From assembly GCA_031362565.1 (NCBI GenBank), contig JANLSU010000120.1, positions 64,001 through 128,000 of the forward strand: 64,000 nt of DNA, in the 5' to 3' direction. Made by a program: the position numbers and the translations under genes. This document shows positions 63,188 through 64,000 of this stretch, piece after piece. Position 1 is the stretch's first letter, and each line of letters begins with the position of its first letter. Below the pieces are notes generated by a model that made no database searches, was not told where the DNA came from, and was given only the letters and a program-made list of their open reading frames with translations. This DNA comes from a bacterium (GTDB lineage: Bacteria; Krumholzibacteriota; Krumholzibacteriia; G020349025).

Positions 63188-64000
63188 GATTTGCCGGCCC
63201 GGCAATCGAAACACGCGAATGGAATCGTGAGGGTGATCTCGCCGCGTTGGGCGGCGATCGCATCCAGCTTGGTCTCGAGCCCAGCAAGGAATGCGGCGGC
63301 ATCGGCCGCCGGCACGATGCTTTGCCAACCGGGCAGGAATGCGAGGCGGATGAAATGATGGCTGAGGAGCGCATTGCCACTCGCATAGCGCATGGGAAAC
63401 GCCCGCTCGACGACGTTCGAGATGCGGAAACCCGCCGCGACGAGCCGCGCTTCGGTCTCGGCGCGCGGCAATCGCTTCGAGGCAATCTGCGCCTGCACGG
63501 CCGGCACCAGTGCCCCGCGCCCCGTCTCCTGCAGCAACTCGAGCATCGCCGCGTAGAGTTCGTGCATCGTGTCAGGTAGGTTCATGGTCAACACGAACTG
63601 CGCGCCCCGACGGCTCACGCGCCGGCACTCGGCGAGCGCCCGCGGTTGGTCTTGTACGTTGTTGAGGCCGTTGTTCGACACAATGAGATCGAAGGTTGCA
63701 TCGGCGAACGGCAGGTGTTCGGCGACACCTTCGGCCACTTCGACGTTGGTGACACCATATTGGCGGATCTTCTCGTGGATGCGATCCAGTGCCTCACCCC
63801 ATGGATCGACCCCGTAGACCCGCGCCTGCGGCCCCAATCGCTCTGCAAGTTCGAGAAGGGGGAATCCGGTTCCACAGCCGAAGTCGAGAGCCACGGTGCG
63901 GGGGCGCATTTCAACGGCTTCGAGAAGCGCGAGTCCGAAGGGCGCCGACCAAAGCGGCAGCTCGTCGAACACCGCGACGACTTCCGGATCCTGCCACGGT
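63184..64000 (-). CDS. Class I SAM-dependent methyltransferase (5' end beyond the window)
   Basis: LDFGCGTG, GVDPW, AEHLPFAD..FDLI. Confidence 0.88.
   Translation of the reverse strand, partial: PWQDPEVVAVFDELPLWSAPFGLALLEAVEMRPRTVALDFGCGTGFPLLELAERLGPQARVYGVDPWGEALDRIHEKIRQYGVTNVEVAEGVAEHLPFADATFDLIVSNNGLNNVQDQPRALAECRRVSRRGAQFVLTMNLPDTMHELYAAMLELLQETGRGALVPAVQAQIASKRLPRAETEARLVAAGFRISNVVERAFPMRYASGNALLSHHFIRLAFLPGWQSIVPAADAAAFLAGLETKLDAIAAQRGEITLTIPFACFDCRAGKS

Overview
High-GC bacterial chromosomal region with about 45 genes and no rRNA, tRNA, CRISPR array, integrase or transposase. FlgD-Ig C-terminal domains and a C-terminal 'SWGDVKSLYK' tail suggest a Latescibacterota/Krumholzibacteriota/Eisenbacteria-like organism (inference). 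In order, the window contains: three secreted peptidases (S41 tricorn, trypsin-like, S9); a signalling/stress island around a 2855-aa cyclic beta-1,2-glucan synthase; a collapsed heme-uptake operon with intact hemS; an alpha-2-macroglobulin; a penta-heme cytochrome; BlaI/BlaR1; zwf-ppgK; dcd and class II nrdJ; an orphan BMC-T shell gene; a Ser/Thr kinase; and a cohesin/dockerin-like trio. The main non-obvious signals are: (1) five promoters with identical architecture (three TGTCAT-like hexamers at 11-bp period, then 11 nt, then a -10), defining a local OmpR/PhoB-type regulon, two of which transcribe unannotated structured RNAs; (2) a 1.4-kb integrase-free cassette inserted in the 3' end of zwf between perfect 72-bp direct repeats; (3) a three-gene cohesin/dockerin-like secreted module, with one domain flanked by a 10-bp direct repeat; (4) a duplicated ~106-bp promoter module; (5) several genes broken by internal deletions. 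All family assignments come from motif recognition by eye, not database searches.
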